A DNA stretch of 63,539 nt, filler included, from a bacterium (GTDB lineage: Bacteria > UBP15 > UBA6099 > JAJRTR01), in NCBI GenBank assembly GCA_024278215.1. It is 4 parts of 4 records of this genome, joined end to end, with 100 filler letters (N's around TTAATTAATTAA, not from the genome) between each part and the next. Parts side by side here need not be neighbours in the genome. Positions count along the whole stretch, not along the records: positions 1 to 25,889 come from JAJRTR010000147.1; 3 more parts are not named here. One strand, written 5' to 3'. Of the stretch, positions 10,174-19,722 are shown one piece after another. The stretch's first letter is position 1; each line of letters starts with the position of its first letter. The notes under the pieces were generated by a model that made no database searches, was not told the DNA's origin, and saw nothing but the letters and a program-made list of their open reading frames with translations. A program made the position numbers and the translations under genes.

Positions 10174-11250
10174 ATGAAACTTACGGATCGTTTTATAATT
10201 TCAGAAATCGTGCCGATGTTCTTTTTCGGTGTGCTTGCTTTCACTGCCCTGATACTCGGAGCGGGTGTGCTCTATGAAATAATACGCACGGCATCGGACC
10301 TGAACGCAAATTTCTTTGTGGTGGCCCAGATATTCCTGCTGAGAATGCCGCAGGTGATCGCGTATACATTCCCTATGGCAACACTTTTCTGTATTCTGCT
10401 CGGATTCAACAGGATGTCCAGCGACTCCGAGATAACGGCATTCATGTCGTCCGGGGTGAGTTTTATCAGACTCATGGCCCCGGCGGTGGTCTTTGGTTTT
10501 GTCATAAGCCTGGGCACAGTGCTGCTCAATGAGATGGTAGTGCCACAATCCAACAGCAGGTTCAACTACCTGATGAACGAAATCCGGAATGACATAAAAG
10601 TAAATAATGTGATCGAGGCGAACCGGAGTGATGGAAAAGTGAGCAGCATACTATACGCGGAACGCGCGGAGGGAACACACTTTTACAACCTGAAATATAC
10701 AGAACTGAAAGATGGTAAAATAGCGAGGGAAACACTCGCCGCGGAGGCGGTCTATCAGCGCACGCACTGGCTTTTCAAGAACGGCTACGAGATATTTTTC
10801 GACAATTCCGGGGAGCCGAAGGCGTTTGTAAAGTTTCCTGAAATGAATATAATATTTGATGAGGGACTGGAAGACATCGCGCGAGAGAAAATCAAGGTCG
10901 GTAATTATACATACCAGGAACTCAGAGAGAGGATTAAACTAAGAGAGAAGCAGGGCGAAGATCAGCGAATAATAAGGCGCTTGAAAGTTGATTTTTACAG
11001 CAAACTTTCAATACCTTTCGCCAGCCTGGCATTTGTGCTGATTGCAGCGCCGCTCGGTTTGAAACCACAGAGAACCGGGTCTTCGGTCGGTCTCGGTGTG
11101 AGCGTAATAATCATATTTCTTTATTACATCATACAGCAGACATTCCGGGGTCTTGGCCAGAGCGTAATGCCGCCCGTTATGGCTGCATGGCTGCCCAACA
11201 TCCTTCTATGTGTGGTGGGCGTATGGCTCATTCGCAAAGCTTCAAGATAG
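10174..11250 (+). CDS. LPS export permease LptF/LptG family (single copy)
   Basis: RMSSDSEITAFMSSGVS, P..AAWLPN C-terminal motif, multi-TM; abuts lptB. Confidence 0.9.
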   Translation: MKLTDRFIISEIVPMFFFGVLAFTALILGAGVLYEIIRTASDLNANFFVVAQIFLLRMPQVIAYTFPMATLFCILLGFNRMSSDSEITAFMSSGVSFIRLMAPAVVFGFVISLGTVLLNEMVVPQSNSRFNYLMNEIRNDIKVNNVIEANRSDGKVSSILYAERAEGTHFYNLKYTELKDGKIARETLAAEAVYQRTHWLFKNGYEIFFDNSGEPKAFVKFPEMNIIFDEGLEDIAREKIKVGNYTYQELRERIKLREKQGEDQRIIRRLKVDFYSKLSIPFASLAFVLIAAPLGLKPQRTGSSVGLGVSVIIIFLYYIIQQTFRGLGQSVMPPVMAAWLPNILLCVVGVWLIRKASR

Positions 11251-11295
11251 AGAAACCTCTGAACAAAAATCCATTATCATCACGGAGGAAATTAC

Positions 11296-11862
11296 ATGAA
11301 AAACATGAAGATCATCATCAAAGGAAACAACATTAAAGTAAACGATTCGCTGAAAGAATATATCGACGAAAAAATCGGGCGGCTCACCAGGTATTATGAT
11401 AAACTTCAGTCTGCTGAAGTCGAACTTCTAAAACAGGACAATCGGGCGGCCGAGGAGAGCAAGCGAGTGGAAGTGACACTGAGCGCAAACGGAACGATCT
11501 TTCGCTGCGAAGAAGCCTCCATCAGCATGTATGCTTCGATAGACATTGTGTCTGAAAAACTCGAACGGCAACTGACGCGATATAAACAGAAACAGGTCTC
11601 GCGAGGACGCAAAAACGCTATACACAAGGAGCCCTTTCAGGAAACCGTTCAGATCGCCGACGAACCGGACGCCGAAAGAGAATCAGAAATTGTCAAAGTG
11701 AAAAGGTTTGCCATCAAGCCTATGAATCCTGTGGAAGCCAGCCTCCAGATGGAAATGCTGAATCACAATTTCTTTGTTTTTCTTAATGACGATTCCGAGC
11801 AGGTAAGTGTCATATATAAAAGAACCGACGGCGATTACGGTCTCATCGAACCGGAATTATGA
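11296..11862 (+). CDS. hpf: Ribosome hibernation promoting factor, long form
   Basis: MYASIDIVSEKLERQL; C-terminal KPMNPVEA..QMEMLNHNFFVF..YKRTDGDYGLIEP. Confidence 0.93.
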   Translation: MKNMKIIIKGNNIKVNDSLKEYIDEKIGRLTRYYDKLQSAEVELLKQDNRAAEESKRVEVTLSANGTIFRCEEASISMYASIDIVSEKLERQLTRYKQKQVSRGRKNAIHKEPFQETVQIADEPDAERESEIVKVKRFAIKPMNPVEASLQMEMLNHNFFVFLNDDSEQVSVIYKRTDGDYGLIEPEL

Positions 11863-12128
11863 GGCGATTGTTCCCGCCTCATTGCTTTCGTGGACAAAAG
11901 TATCGGTTCAGAGATAGATGATTGTTCCTGTTAAATGTATTCATGAAGTCTTTGTCGCAGTCGGGAAAACAACGAACCCGTTAACGGGATGTATCAAAAT
12001 GGTCTCAAATCGGTAATTTATGGACTGAAAATGGATTCCCGTTTTCACGGGAATCCATTTTAACGGCCCGCGAACGGGTGTACAACAAGAAATTATTCCA
12101 GCAACCGGAAACAACACGGCGGTAAGCT

Positions 12129-14480
12129 ATGGCGAAAAAACCTGTAAAAAAAAAGATTGTCAAAAAGAAAGCGTCCACTGCAAAAAAGACAACTAAGAAA
12201 AAAGTTCCTGTAAAACGAACAGTCAAAAAAAAACGAACAGTCAAAAAAAAGGTAACAAAAGCGGTAAAAAAAACGCCTCGGAAAACAGGCGGCTGCATGA
12301 ACTCGTGCTTCACGGTAATGGCAGTGATAATGGTTATTATTATAGTTTCGCTGCTGACTGTTTCGGCTGCGACAATTTCTCTTATTTCCAAATATACCAA
12401 CGAACTTCCCAACCTCGACGCGGTTTCCATACCGGTGCCAAAAGAGAAAACAAAAGTATATGACTCGAGCGGACATATTATTGCCGAACTTTATTTTGAA
12501 AATCGCGAATTCGCCAACTCACAGGAAATCCCCGACATAGTAAAACTCGCTTTTATAGCTATTGAAGACGAGCGTTTCTACAAACACCACGGTGTGGACT
12601 TCGAAGGTATCGCAAGAAGTGTTTTCGTAGCGATAAAAACCCGGGGAAGAGCTGTGCATGGTGCCAGCACTATCACACAACAACTGGCGCGGCATATTTA
12701 CCTGAACGAATACCGGGAAGAAGGCACCGGCAGATACGAAGCAACCCTTATACGGAAGCTGAAGGAAGCTATACTTGCTATAGCGCTGGAGAAAAAATAC
12801 TCGAAGGACGAGATACTTGCACACTATTTAAATCTCATCAGCTACGGACACGGCGCTTATGGCATAAAAACCGCAACGAAAACTTTTTTCAAGAAAAAGC
12901 TCAGCGAGCTCACACTCGATGAGGCCGCCCTGCTCGCTGCCGTTATCAATGCGCCGAGCAGGTATTCTCCCTACTATCGACCGACAAATGCCATAAACAG
13001 ACGCAATCTCGTACTGGGTAAAATGCTCGAACTTCATTTTATATCGAAGGGCGAGTATGAAACCGCTGTCAGGCGGCCACTGAACCTTGCCGAACTCAAG
13101 GGGCCCGCACACGAGAATTATAAGGCTCCCTACTTCATCACATACGTAATAGACCAACTAGAACATGAGGATTTCCCATATCCGATCGACAGCAAATCAC
13201 TATTCTCGGACGGCTACAGGATTTACACGACACTTGACCTGAAGAAAAACCGGATCGCCGAAGAAGCCTTGAAATACGGCATGAAAATGGCGGCGGATAG
13301 AAAAGCGAATGTGAAGCAGGGCGCTATTATCGCCATCGAACCGCAGACCGGCAGAATTATCGTGATGGTAGGCGGTACTGATTTCAAAAAATCGAAATTC
13401 AACCGCACGTGGCAGGCCATGCGCCAGCCGGGTTCGGCGTTCAAGCCGTTCGTCTACATTACCGCCATCAGGCAGGGATACTCGATGGAAAGCACGCTGC
13501 TTGATGAAAAAGTCTGCTTTGACGTTTATCCCGAAGAGTATTGCCCCAACAACTACGACCACAAATATAAAGGGCTCGTTACCCTGCACACCGCAATGAA
13601 GTTTTCGAGAAACATACCTGCCGTAAAAGTAGGCAACCTTGTGCGTCCCGAAAATATAATCAAGACAGCCCGCGACATGGGCATTAAAAGCAAAATGTCA
13701 CCTATGCTTTCATTGCCACTGGGCACTTTCGAAGTTACCGTTATAGAGATGGCATCGGCCTACGCGGTCCTGGCGAACGGCGGCAGATATGTCGAACCTG
13801 TTGCCATCGAGAGAATCGAGGATTCACATGGAATAGTGCTCTACCAGAAGAAATATCGTGCGGGTCGCAAGATTCTCGAAGACAATACAATCGCCCGAAT
13901 TGTTCCCGTCATGGAAGACATAATTCAGGGCGGAACCGGCACAAGGGCGAAAATCAGAACGAAAAAAGGTATCAGACCCGCCGCAGGCAAAACCGGCACC
14001 ACGAGTGATTTCCGCGACGCGTGGTTTGTCGGTTTCACTCCGGGGCTCGCCACAGCAGTGTGGTTCGGCAACGACGATAATTCGCCTATGAGAAACATGT
14101 ATAAAGGTCGTCCTGTCGGGAAAGGCGTTACAGGCGGTTCGATACCTGCTTCGACATGGGGCTATTTCATGAAAAAAGCACTGGCGGGAAAACCGATACG
14201 TTACTTCAAACTTCCACCGGCCAGTCCGATGAAAACCTACCAGATAGAGATTCCGGCAGCTTCTGAAACTGAAAAACTCATGAAAAGTCCGATGTCGGGC
14301 GCGGAAGGACGCAACTACAATTTCCAGGAGCCGGATGTGCTGGATTTCAGCAATGGCGGCAGGGATAAAATCCGTAAACCAGCGCACAAAACCCGCAGGC
14401 GTGAGACAGATATGGAAATGGAGTTTATCGAGCCTGATCGCAAGCAAAAGAAACCTTCAGACGTCGAGGAATTCTTCTGA
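12129..14480 (+). CDS. Class A penicillin-binding protein (PBP1A family) with Lys-rich N-terminal tail
   Basis: Transglycosylase EDERFYKHHGVD, GASTITQQL; transpeptidase SAFK, SRN, KTGT; single TM after basic tail. Confidence 0.93.
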   Translation: MAKKPVKKKIVKKKASTAKKTTKKKVPVKRTVKKKRTVKKKVTKAVKKTPRKTGGCMNSCFTVMAVIMVIIIVSLLTVSAATISLISKYTNELPNLDAVSIPVPKEKTKVYDSSGHIIAELYFENREFANSQEIPDIVKLAFIAIEDERFYKHHGVDFEGIARSVFVAIKTRGRAVHGASTITQQLARHIYLNEYREEGTGRYEATLIRKLKEAILAIALEKKYSKDEILAHYLNLISYGHGAYGIKTATKTFFKKKLSELTLDEAALLAAVINAPSRYSPYYRPTNAINRRNLVLGKMLELHFISKGEYETAVRRPLNLAELKGPAHENYKAPYFITYVIDQLEHEDFPYPIDSKSLFSDGYRIYTTLDLKKNRIAEEALKYGMKMAADRKANVKQGAIIAIEPQTGRIIVMVGGTDFKKSKFNRTWQAMRQPGSAFKPFVYITAIRQGYSMESTLLDEKVCFDVYPEEYCPNNYDHKYKGLVTLHTAMKFSRNIPAVKVGNLVRPENIIKTARDMGIKSKMSPMLSLPLGTFEVTVIEMASAYAVLANGGRYVEPVAIERIEDSHGIVLYQKKYRAGRKILEDNTIARIVPVMEDIIQGGTGTRAKIRTKKGIRPAAGKTGTTSDFRDAWFVGFTPGLATAVWFGNDDNSPMRNMYKGRPVGKGVTGGSIPASTWGYFMKKALAGKPIRYFKLPPASPMKTYQIEIPAASETEKLMKSPMSGAEGRNYNFQEPDVLDFSNGGRDKIRKPAHKTRRRETDMEMEFIEPDRKQKKPSDVEEFF

Positions 14481-14541
14481 TCCGCCGACACCGCCGCGCC
14501 GCTTTTGCTTTAACAGTGAAATAGAAACAGGAAAGAGACTG

Positions 14542-16431
14542 ATGCCTGGAATCAATATACTGGATTCTAAAACCGTAAGTAAAATAGCCGCGGGCGAGGT
14601 TGTCGAGCGCCCCCTTTCCGTGGTGAAGGAACTTGTCGAAAACGCAATAGACGCGGGCAGTACTGAAATATCGGTCGAACTCGAAGAGGGAGGCCATCGC
14701 CTCGTGCGCATCAGCGACAACGGGTGCGGCATGAGCCGCGAAGACGCCGTGTTATGCGTGCGAAGCCACACTACAAGTAAGCTCTCCGATATTCATGATC
14801 TCGAAAAAGTGATGACGATGGGCTTTCGGGGCGAGGCGTTGCACAGCATAGGCGCGGTTGCGCATCTTTCTATCACAACATTTGACGGCGAAGGCGATGT
14901 GGGCTGGAAGGTGCGTGTCGAAGGCGGCGACGAGCAGGAGCCGGAACCCGTGCCGCGCGTCAAAGGCACCACAGTGGAAGTGGAAAACATATTCTATAAC
15001 GTACCGGCGCGCCGCAAGTTTCTGAAAACTCCACGCTCGGAAATCACTCAGATAAACAGCATTATGACCAGGTTCCTTGTATCCCATCCCGCTATTGGAT
15101 TCAAACTTGACCACAATGGTAAAAATATGTTGAATGTGCGCCCATGCACTGACCGTATGGAACGCATAGAATATATCATGGGCGGCAACATAGCCCGCGA
15201 AGTGGTGAGAATGACGGCATCGCTGAAGAATCTCGGCCTTGACGCCTATTTCACTATGCCCGACATGACATTTCCAAATAGGAAATACCAATTGTTTTTC
15301 GTAAACGGGCGAGCCGTTCGCGACAGGAATATGACGGTGGCGGTCGACACTGCGTATAAAGGGCTCCTCGGAGGCGGTCGCTATGCGCTGGCAATACTTT
15401 TCCTCGACATTCCGTCCGACATGGTCGATGTCAATGTGCATCCCACAAAGAGCGAAGTCAGGTTCGTAAAACCTCACGACATCCATTCGCTGGTGTACAG
15501 AACACTACGCGGAAAATTTGTCGAACCCGAGGGCGCGGGCAGATTCACACTTGTGCAGAGCCGGAACGCCGGAGTGCAGACTCCCGCGCGGGACGGCGAT
15601 GAAAAGGAACCGGAAGGCATGATGGATTTCGGACCGTCGAAGAAGAAACATGCCGACATTTTAAGCAGGGCTCTGCCGGTTCAGAAGGAAGCGGTTTTTA
15701 CAACGTCTGAAAGTGTCGATAATGACGCGGCCACACACGAAGATATTGAAACCGACCCCGCGCTCGACCGTGATGAACCCTTCGCGGAGGCGGATCGCGA
15801 AAAGGGAGGCGTCGAGCAGAAAACAGATGCGGCACATGTCGCAACGGGCGAGGAAGAGTACCCGCGACAAATAAAAATACTCGGGCAGTTCTATGAAACA
15901 TTCATAATGGCTGAAGTCGACGGTACTCCTGTATTTGTCGATCAGCACGTCGCGAGCGAGCGCATCATCTACAACCAGTTGAAGCGAAGGTCGATAGACC
16001 GCCACTCGCAATTGATGCTCATTTCAGAACCGGTGGAAGTGCCGCGAAATGTTTTCGACATACTGTCCGCCAACCTTGATAAGATCAAAAGTATCGGTGT
16101 CGGGATCGAAGTGTTCGGCGACCGCGCATTCGTCATTAGATCAGTAGTGCATAACGCGGGGCCGTTCGATCCGGTGGAATTACTTGTGGGTGTGGCGGAA
16201 GAGATATCGGCGCTGCCCGGGAAGGCGCCCGCGGATGTTCTTATGGATAAACTTTACGTTGTCGCTTCGTGCAAAATGGCCGTGAAGGCAGGACAGAAGC
16301 TAGAATTCGAGGAAATGCAGCAGCTTGTGACACAGCTTATGAAGGAAGAGTACAACCGAACCTGTCCGCATGGCAGACCCATTTTCCATGCTATCTCGCT
16401 TGAAAACCTCAAAACCTGGTTCAAACGCTGA
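14542..16431 (+). CDS. mutL: DNA mismatch repair protein MutL
   Basis: KIAAGEVVERP, GFRGEAL, DVNVHP, endonuclease DQHVASER and CPHGRP; start moved to ATG 14542. Confidence 0.96.
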   Translation: MPGINILDSKTVSKIAAGEVVERPLSVVKELVENAIDAGSTEISVELEEGGHRLVRISDNGCGMSREDAVLCVRSHTTSKLSDIHDLEKVMTMGFRGEALHSIGAVAHLSITTFDGEGDVGWKVRVEGGDEQEPEPVPRVKGTTVEVENIFYNVPARRKFLKTPRSEITQINSIMTRFLVSHPAIGFKLDHNGKNMLNVRPCTDRMERIEYIMGGNIAREVVRMTASLKNLGLDAYFTMPDMTFPNRKYQLFFVNGRAVRDRNMTVAVDTAYKGLLGGGRYALAILFLDIPSDMVDVNVHPTKSEVRFVKPHDIHSLVYRTLRGKFVEPEGAGRFTLVQSRNAGVQTPARDGDEKEPEGMMDFGPSKKKHADILSRALPVQKEAVFTTSESVDNDAATHEDIETDPALDRDEPFAEADREKGGVEQKTDAAHVATGEEEYPRQIKILGQFYETFIMAEVDGTPVFVDQHVASERIIYNQLKRRSIDRHSQLMLISEPVEVPRNVFDILSANLDKIKSIGVGIEVFGDRAFVIRSVVHNAGPFDPVELLVGVAEEISALPGKAPADVLMDKLYVVASCKMAVKAGQKLEFEEMQQLVTQLMKEEYNRTCPHGRPIFHAISLENLKTWFKR

Positions 16432-16473
16432 AAGCGCCCCTCGCTATTCAACAGGCTAAGATAGAGGACCGCT

Positions 16474-17241
16474 GTGCCTGAAAATATATGTGTTGTAACA
16501 ACACCACGCAAGAGAACTGATCTCGAACCGCGCGCTATCGAAACCGCCGTGCGCACAGGTCTGACATATATTCCCAGAAATGAGTATTCTTTCGTTAAAA
16601 TATTCGAGAAAACCGGTGCTGCTGCGATATATGTCGAAGCGGACGACGCACCATTTATACAAACACAGAAGGGCCGGTTTTTCTATCATGAAAATACTGC
16701 CGGAATGCGCACGAAAAATGTGAGTGTTCCCGACCCTGTGATAAGGGCGCTCGATGTGCGGCCCGGAGACAGCATTATTGATGCTACGATGGGCCTCGGA
16801 TGTGATTCTCTCGTGATCGCGACTGCGCTGGGCGGCGGTTCGTTGATCGGCATCGAGAGCAGCGTTCCCATAGCGGACATCGTCAAACGCGGATTGAATG
16901 ATTATAGTTATACAAGCGACGCGCTTGCCGATGCCGCGAAAAAGATAACCGTTATACGCGCGGATAATATCGAGTACCTGAGAAAGTGCTCCGACTCGAG
17001 CGCAGACACAGTTTATTTCGACCCGATGTTCACCGATACCATTGAAACATCTTCGTCGATGCAGCGTTTAAAACAACTCGCGGACCACAGTCCGCTTACT
17101 ACAGAAGTGATCGAAGAAGCGAGGCGTGTCGCGCGAAGGCGTGTCGCGGTGAAAACCCGCAGGGGCTCATTCGGCGCAATCGGGTTCACAGATGTGATAC
17201 CATCCGGGAATACAATAATTTATGGCATTATCAGAATATAA
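16474..17241 (+). CDS. Class I SAM methyltransferase (RsmJ/YhiQ-like)
   Basis: IIDATMGLGCDS, VYFDPMF; between mutL and miaA. Confidence 0.8.
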   Translation: MPENICVVTTPRKRTDLEPRAIETAVRTGLTYIPRNEYSFVKIFEKTGAAAIYVEADDAPFIQTQKGRFFYHENTAGMRTKNVSVPDPVIRALDVRPGDSIIDATMGLGCDSLVIATALGGGSLIGIESSVPIADIVKRGLNDYSYTSDALADAAKKITVIRADNIEYLRKCSDSSADTVYFDPMFTDTIETSSSMQRLKQLADHSPLTTEVIEEARRVARRRVAVKTRRGSFGAIGFTDVIPSGNTIIYGIIRI

Positions 17242-18172
17242 AATACCGGTGATCACAGGGCCTACGGCGACCGGAAAAACAGGCGTTTCGCTGATAGTGG
17301 CGGATATCATAGACTGCGAGATCATCAACATGGACTCGCGTCAGGTATATCGCGGCATGGACATCGGAACGGCTAAACCATCGCGCGAGGAGCGCGACCG
17401 GGTTCAACACCACCTGATAGATGTGGTTGATCCCGGCGAAAGATTCACAGTCGCGGATTTCGTGGACATTTGCCGCACAAAAATTGAAGAGATACGCTCG
17501 AGGGACCGTCTTCCGGTGATAGTGGGCGGCACACCGTTTTATCTTTCGGCGCTTCTGGGCGGTCTTGACTTCTGTGAGGTAGACTGTGACGACGAATTCC
17601 GCAACAGGTTGCGCGAGCGCGCCGAAGCGGAGGGGAAGGAAAAACTTCATGACGAACTCCGCAGTATCGACCCTGTGTCTGCTGAAAAAATACATCCGAA
17701 CGATCTTTTCAGAGTAATTCGGTCGCTTGAGATTTATCATGTCACGGGACATCCGTCATCGGAACGTAGAACAAAGCGTGTTCCCGAACATCGGGAGGTC
17801 AATAATAACACTGAAGTTTTTTCCATTTTTTCGCTTTACATGGAGCGAAAAAAGTTATACGATCTCATAGATAAGCGCACGGAACTCATGTTCGATGGAG
17901 GCTTTCTGGAAGAAACAGAGACCGTAGCGCGAAACTGGCCCGAAGCCGTTCCCTTTTTGAGAAAGACAATCGGCTACGGACAGGCTCTCGGGGTTAACAG
18001 GGGCGATGTGAGCCTTAAAGACGCAATCGACGAGACCGCGAAGCACACCCGGCGATATGCAAAACGCCAGATGACGTGGTTCAGGTCGATGGCCGGACTC
18101 GAATGGCTCGACAGGGAGGATAATACCGGAGAGCAGATTGCTGAAATAGTAGTTGAGACCGTAAAAAGTTAA
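17222..18172 (+). CDS. miaA: tRNA dimethylallyltransferase
   Basis: GPTATGKT, DSRQVYRGMDIGTAKP, YAKRQMTWF. Confidence 0.97.
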   Translation: MALSEYKIPVITGPTATGKTGVSLIVADIIDCEIINMDSRQVYRGMDIGTAKPSREERDRVQHHLIDVVDPGERFTVADFVDICRTKIEEIRSRDRLPVIVGGTPFYLSALLGGLDFCEVDCDDEFRNRLRERAEAEGKEKLHDELRSIDPVSAEKIHPNDLFRVIRSLEIYHVTGHPSSERRTKRVPEHREVNNNTEVFSIFSLYMERKKLYDLIDKRTELMFDGGFLEETETVARNWPEAVPFLRKTIGYGQALGVNRGDVSLKDAIDETAKHTRRYAKRQMTWFRSMAGLEWLDREDNTGEQIAEIVVETVKS

Positions 18173-18232
18173 CACACTAACAAAGAATAATAAACTAAAA
18201 AATTAGAGAACTATTAGAGGAGGTCTCTCACA

Positions 18233-18472
18233 ATGGCGGATATGATCAACATCCAGGATGATTTTTTGAAAAGAGCGAGGAACGATAAGGTATCGGTTAT
18301 CGTCTTCCTGACGAACAAGGTTCAACTCCATGGACACATCACAGGATTCGACAGATACGTTGTATTGCTGGAATCCGCCGGCAAACAACAGATGGTATTC
18401 AAACATGCCATTACTACCATAACACCGTCATTCCCGCTTAACATCAAGATTCACAAACCCCCGCGGGAATAG
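18233..18472 (+). CDS. hfq: RNA chaperone Hfq
   Basis: NIQDDFL, FDRYVVLL, QMVFKHAITTI; GAGGAGG RBS; after miaA. Confidence 0.95.
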   Translation: MADMINIQDDFLKRARNDKVSVIVFLTNKVQLHGHITGFDRYVVLLESAGKQQMVFKHAITTITPSFPLNIKIHKPPRE

Positions 18473-18503
18473 TAATTCAGCTATTCTGATTGGCAGGTAA
18501 AAA

Positions 18504-19370
18504 ATGCATTTTCTGAAAATGCACGGTCAGGGCAATGACTTTGTCGTACTCGGTTTTAAAGAGACGCCGGAGATGGACTTCCCTGCAATTGCCCGCAAAA
18601 TGTGCAGGCGTAATTTTGGTGCGGGAGCCGACGGACTGATCGCGGTGCTGCCTTCTTCCATAGCGGATTTTAAAATGCGCGTTTTCAACCCGGACGGCTC
18701 GGAACCCGAAATGTGCGGCAACGGCATACGCTGTGCCGCCAAATATTTTATTGAACGTATGATGGTAAAATCCGCACCCGCACCCGAACCCGAAGGTGAA
18801 ATCTCTGTCGATGTCGAAACACTTGCGGGCGTCCTGAAAACAATCGCAAGGTGTAAGGACGGAAGCGCAGAGGAAATGTCTGTTGACATGGGCGCGCCGA
18901 TACTGGCTCCAGCGCGAATACCTGTACAGCATGATGCCGACATCGCAATCCGGATTCCGCTCGAAGCGGCGGGTAGAAAGATAAAAGCAACATGCGTTTC
19001 GATGGGCAACCCGCACGCAGTCATTTTTGTCGACAAAGAATTATCCGATGACGAGTTCCTCGCAACAGGTCCGGCTGTTGAAATTCACGCGGCGTTTCCC
19101 AACAGGACGAATGTCGAGTTCGTGCGGGTAATCAACAGGAATGAACTAAGAATGCGAGTGTGGGAACGCGGCGTCGGCGAAACGCTCGCGTGCGGCACGG
19201 GCGCGTGCGCCGCAACAGTAGCGGCATGTCTCAACGAATACTGCGACCGTGATGTTACAGTGCATCTCAAAGGCGGCGATCTTCGCGTCTCATGGACCGC
19301 CTCGGATAATATCATAATGACCGGTACGGCTGTCGTCGTATACGAAGGCGACTATCTTGATTTGTACTGA
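18504..19370 (+). CDS. dapF: Diaminopimelate epimerase
   Basis: KMHGQGNDF, EMCGNGIRC, MGNPH, ERGVGETLACGTGA. Confidence 0.97.
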   Translation: MHFLKMHGQGNDFVVLGFKETPEMDFPAIARKMCRRNFGAGADGLIAVLPSSIADFKMRVFNPDGSEPEMCGNGIRCAAKYFIERMMVKSAPAPEPEGEISVDVETLAGVLKTIARCKDGSAEEMSVDMGAPILAPARIPVQHDADIAIRIPLEAAGRKIKATCVSMGNPHAVIFVDKELSDDEFLATGPAVEIHAAFPNRTNVEFVRVINRNELRMRVWERGVGETLACGTGACAATVAACLNEYCDRDVTVHLKGGDLRVSWTASDNIIMTGTAVVVYEGDYLDLY

Positions 19371-19401
19371 ACTTGTTCGAATTCAGATTTCTTTTATGAA
19401 T

Positions 19402-19596
19402 TTAGTATCTTACGACTGAAATGCTACGCAAGATGGTAAAGAAATGCTGAAAAGAGATCGGTGAAAGCTGGAGCTTCCAGTTACAGTCGTTTCCAATGTA
19501 GACCTTGGGAACGATGAAACTCTGTGTGCCGTGCTCAAACCGCATTTGTTTGGGCACGAAAATGCGGCCTGTTTGGTTCCCGCTTTGCCGGGTTAG
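19402..19596 (+). repeat. Repeat family B (~195 bp composite of palindromic modules), copy 1
   Basis: Near-identical to reverse complement of 29539-29755; partial copy 34474-34534; terminal module recurs at ~21038-21063. Confidence 0.88.
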
Positions 19597-19665
19597 GGGT
19601 CATGACTGGAATTTGCCCTTTAATTCAGGATGTCTCCAGGGAATTCTTCACTTGGCTGAAGTGTT
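19597..19665 (+). repeat. Repeat family C (~70 bp), copy 1
   Basis: ATGACTGGAATTTGCCCTTTAATTC..GGGAATTCTTCACTTGGC also at 26825-26898 and, interrupted, 54940-55157. Confidence 0.8.
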
Positions 19666-19722
19666 ACGAAGAATGATTTCGCGTGAAAATGATTTCGTAT
19701 GCTTTGAAAGGAGTGTTCGAAG

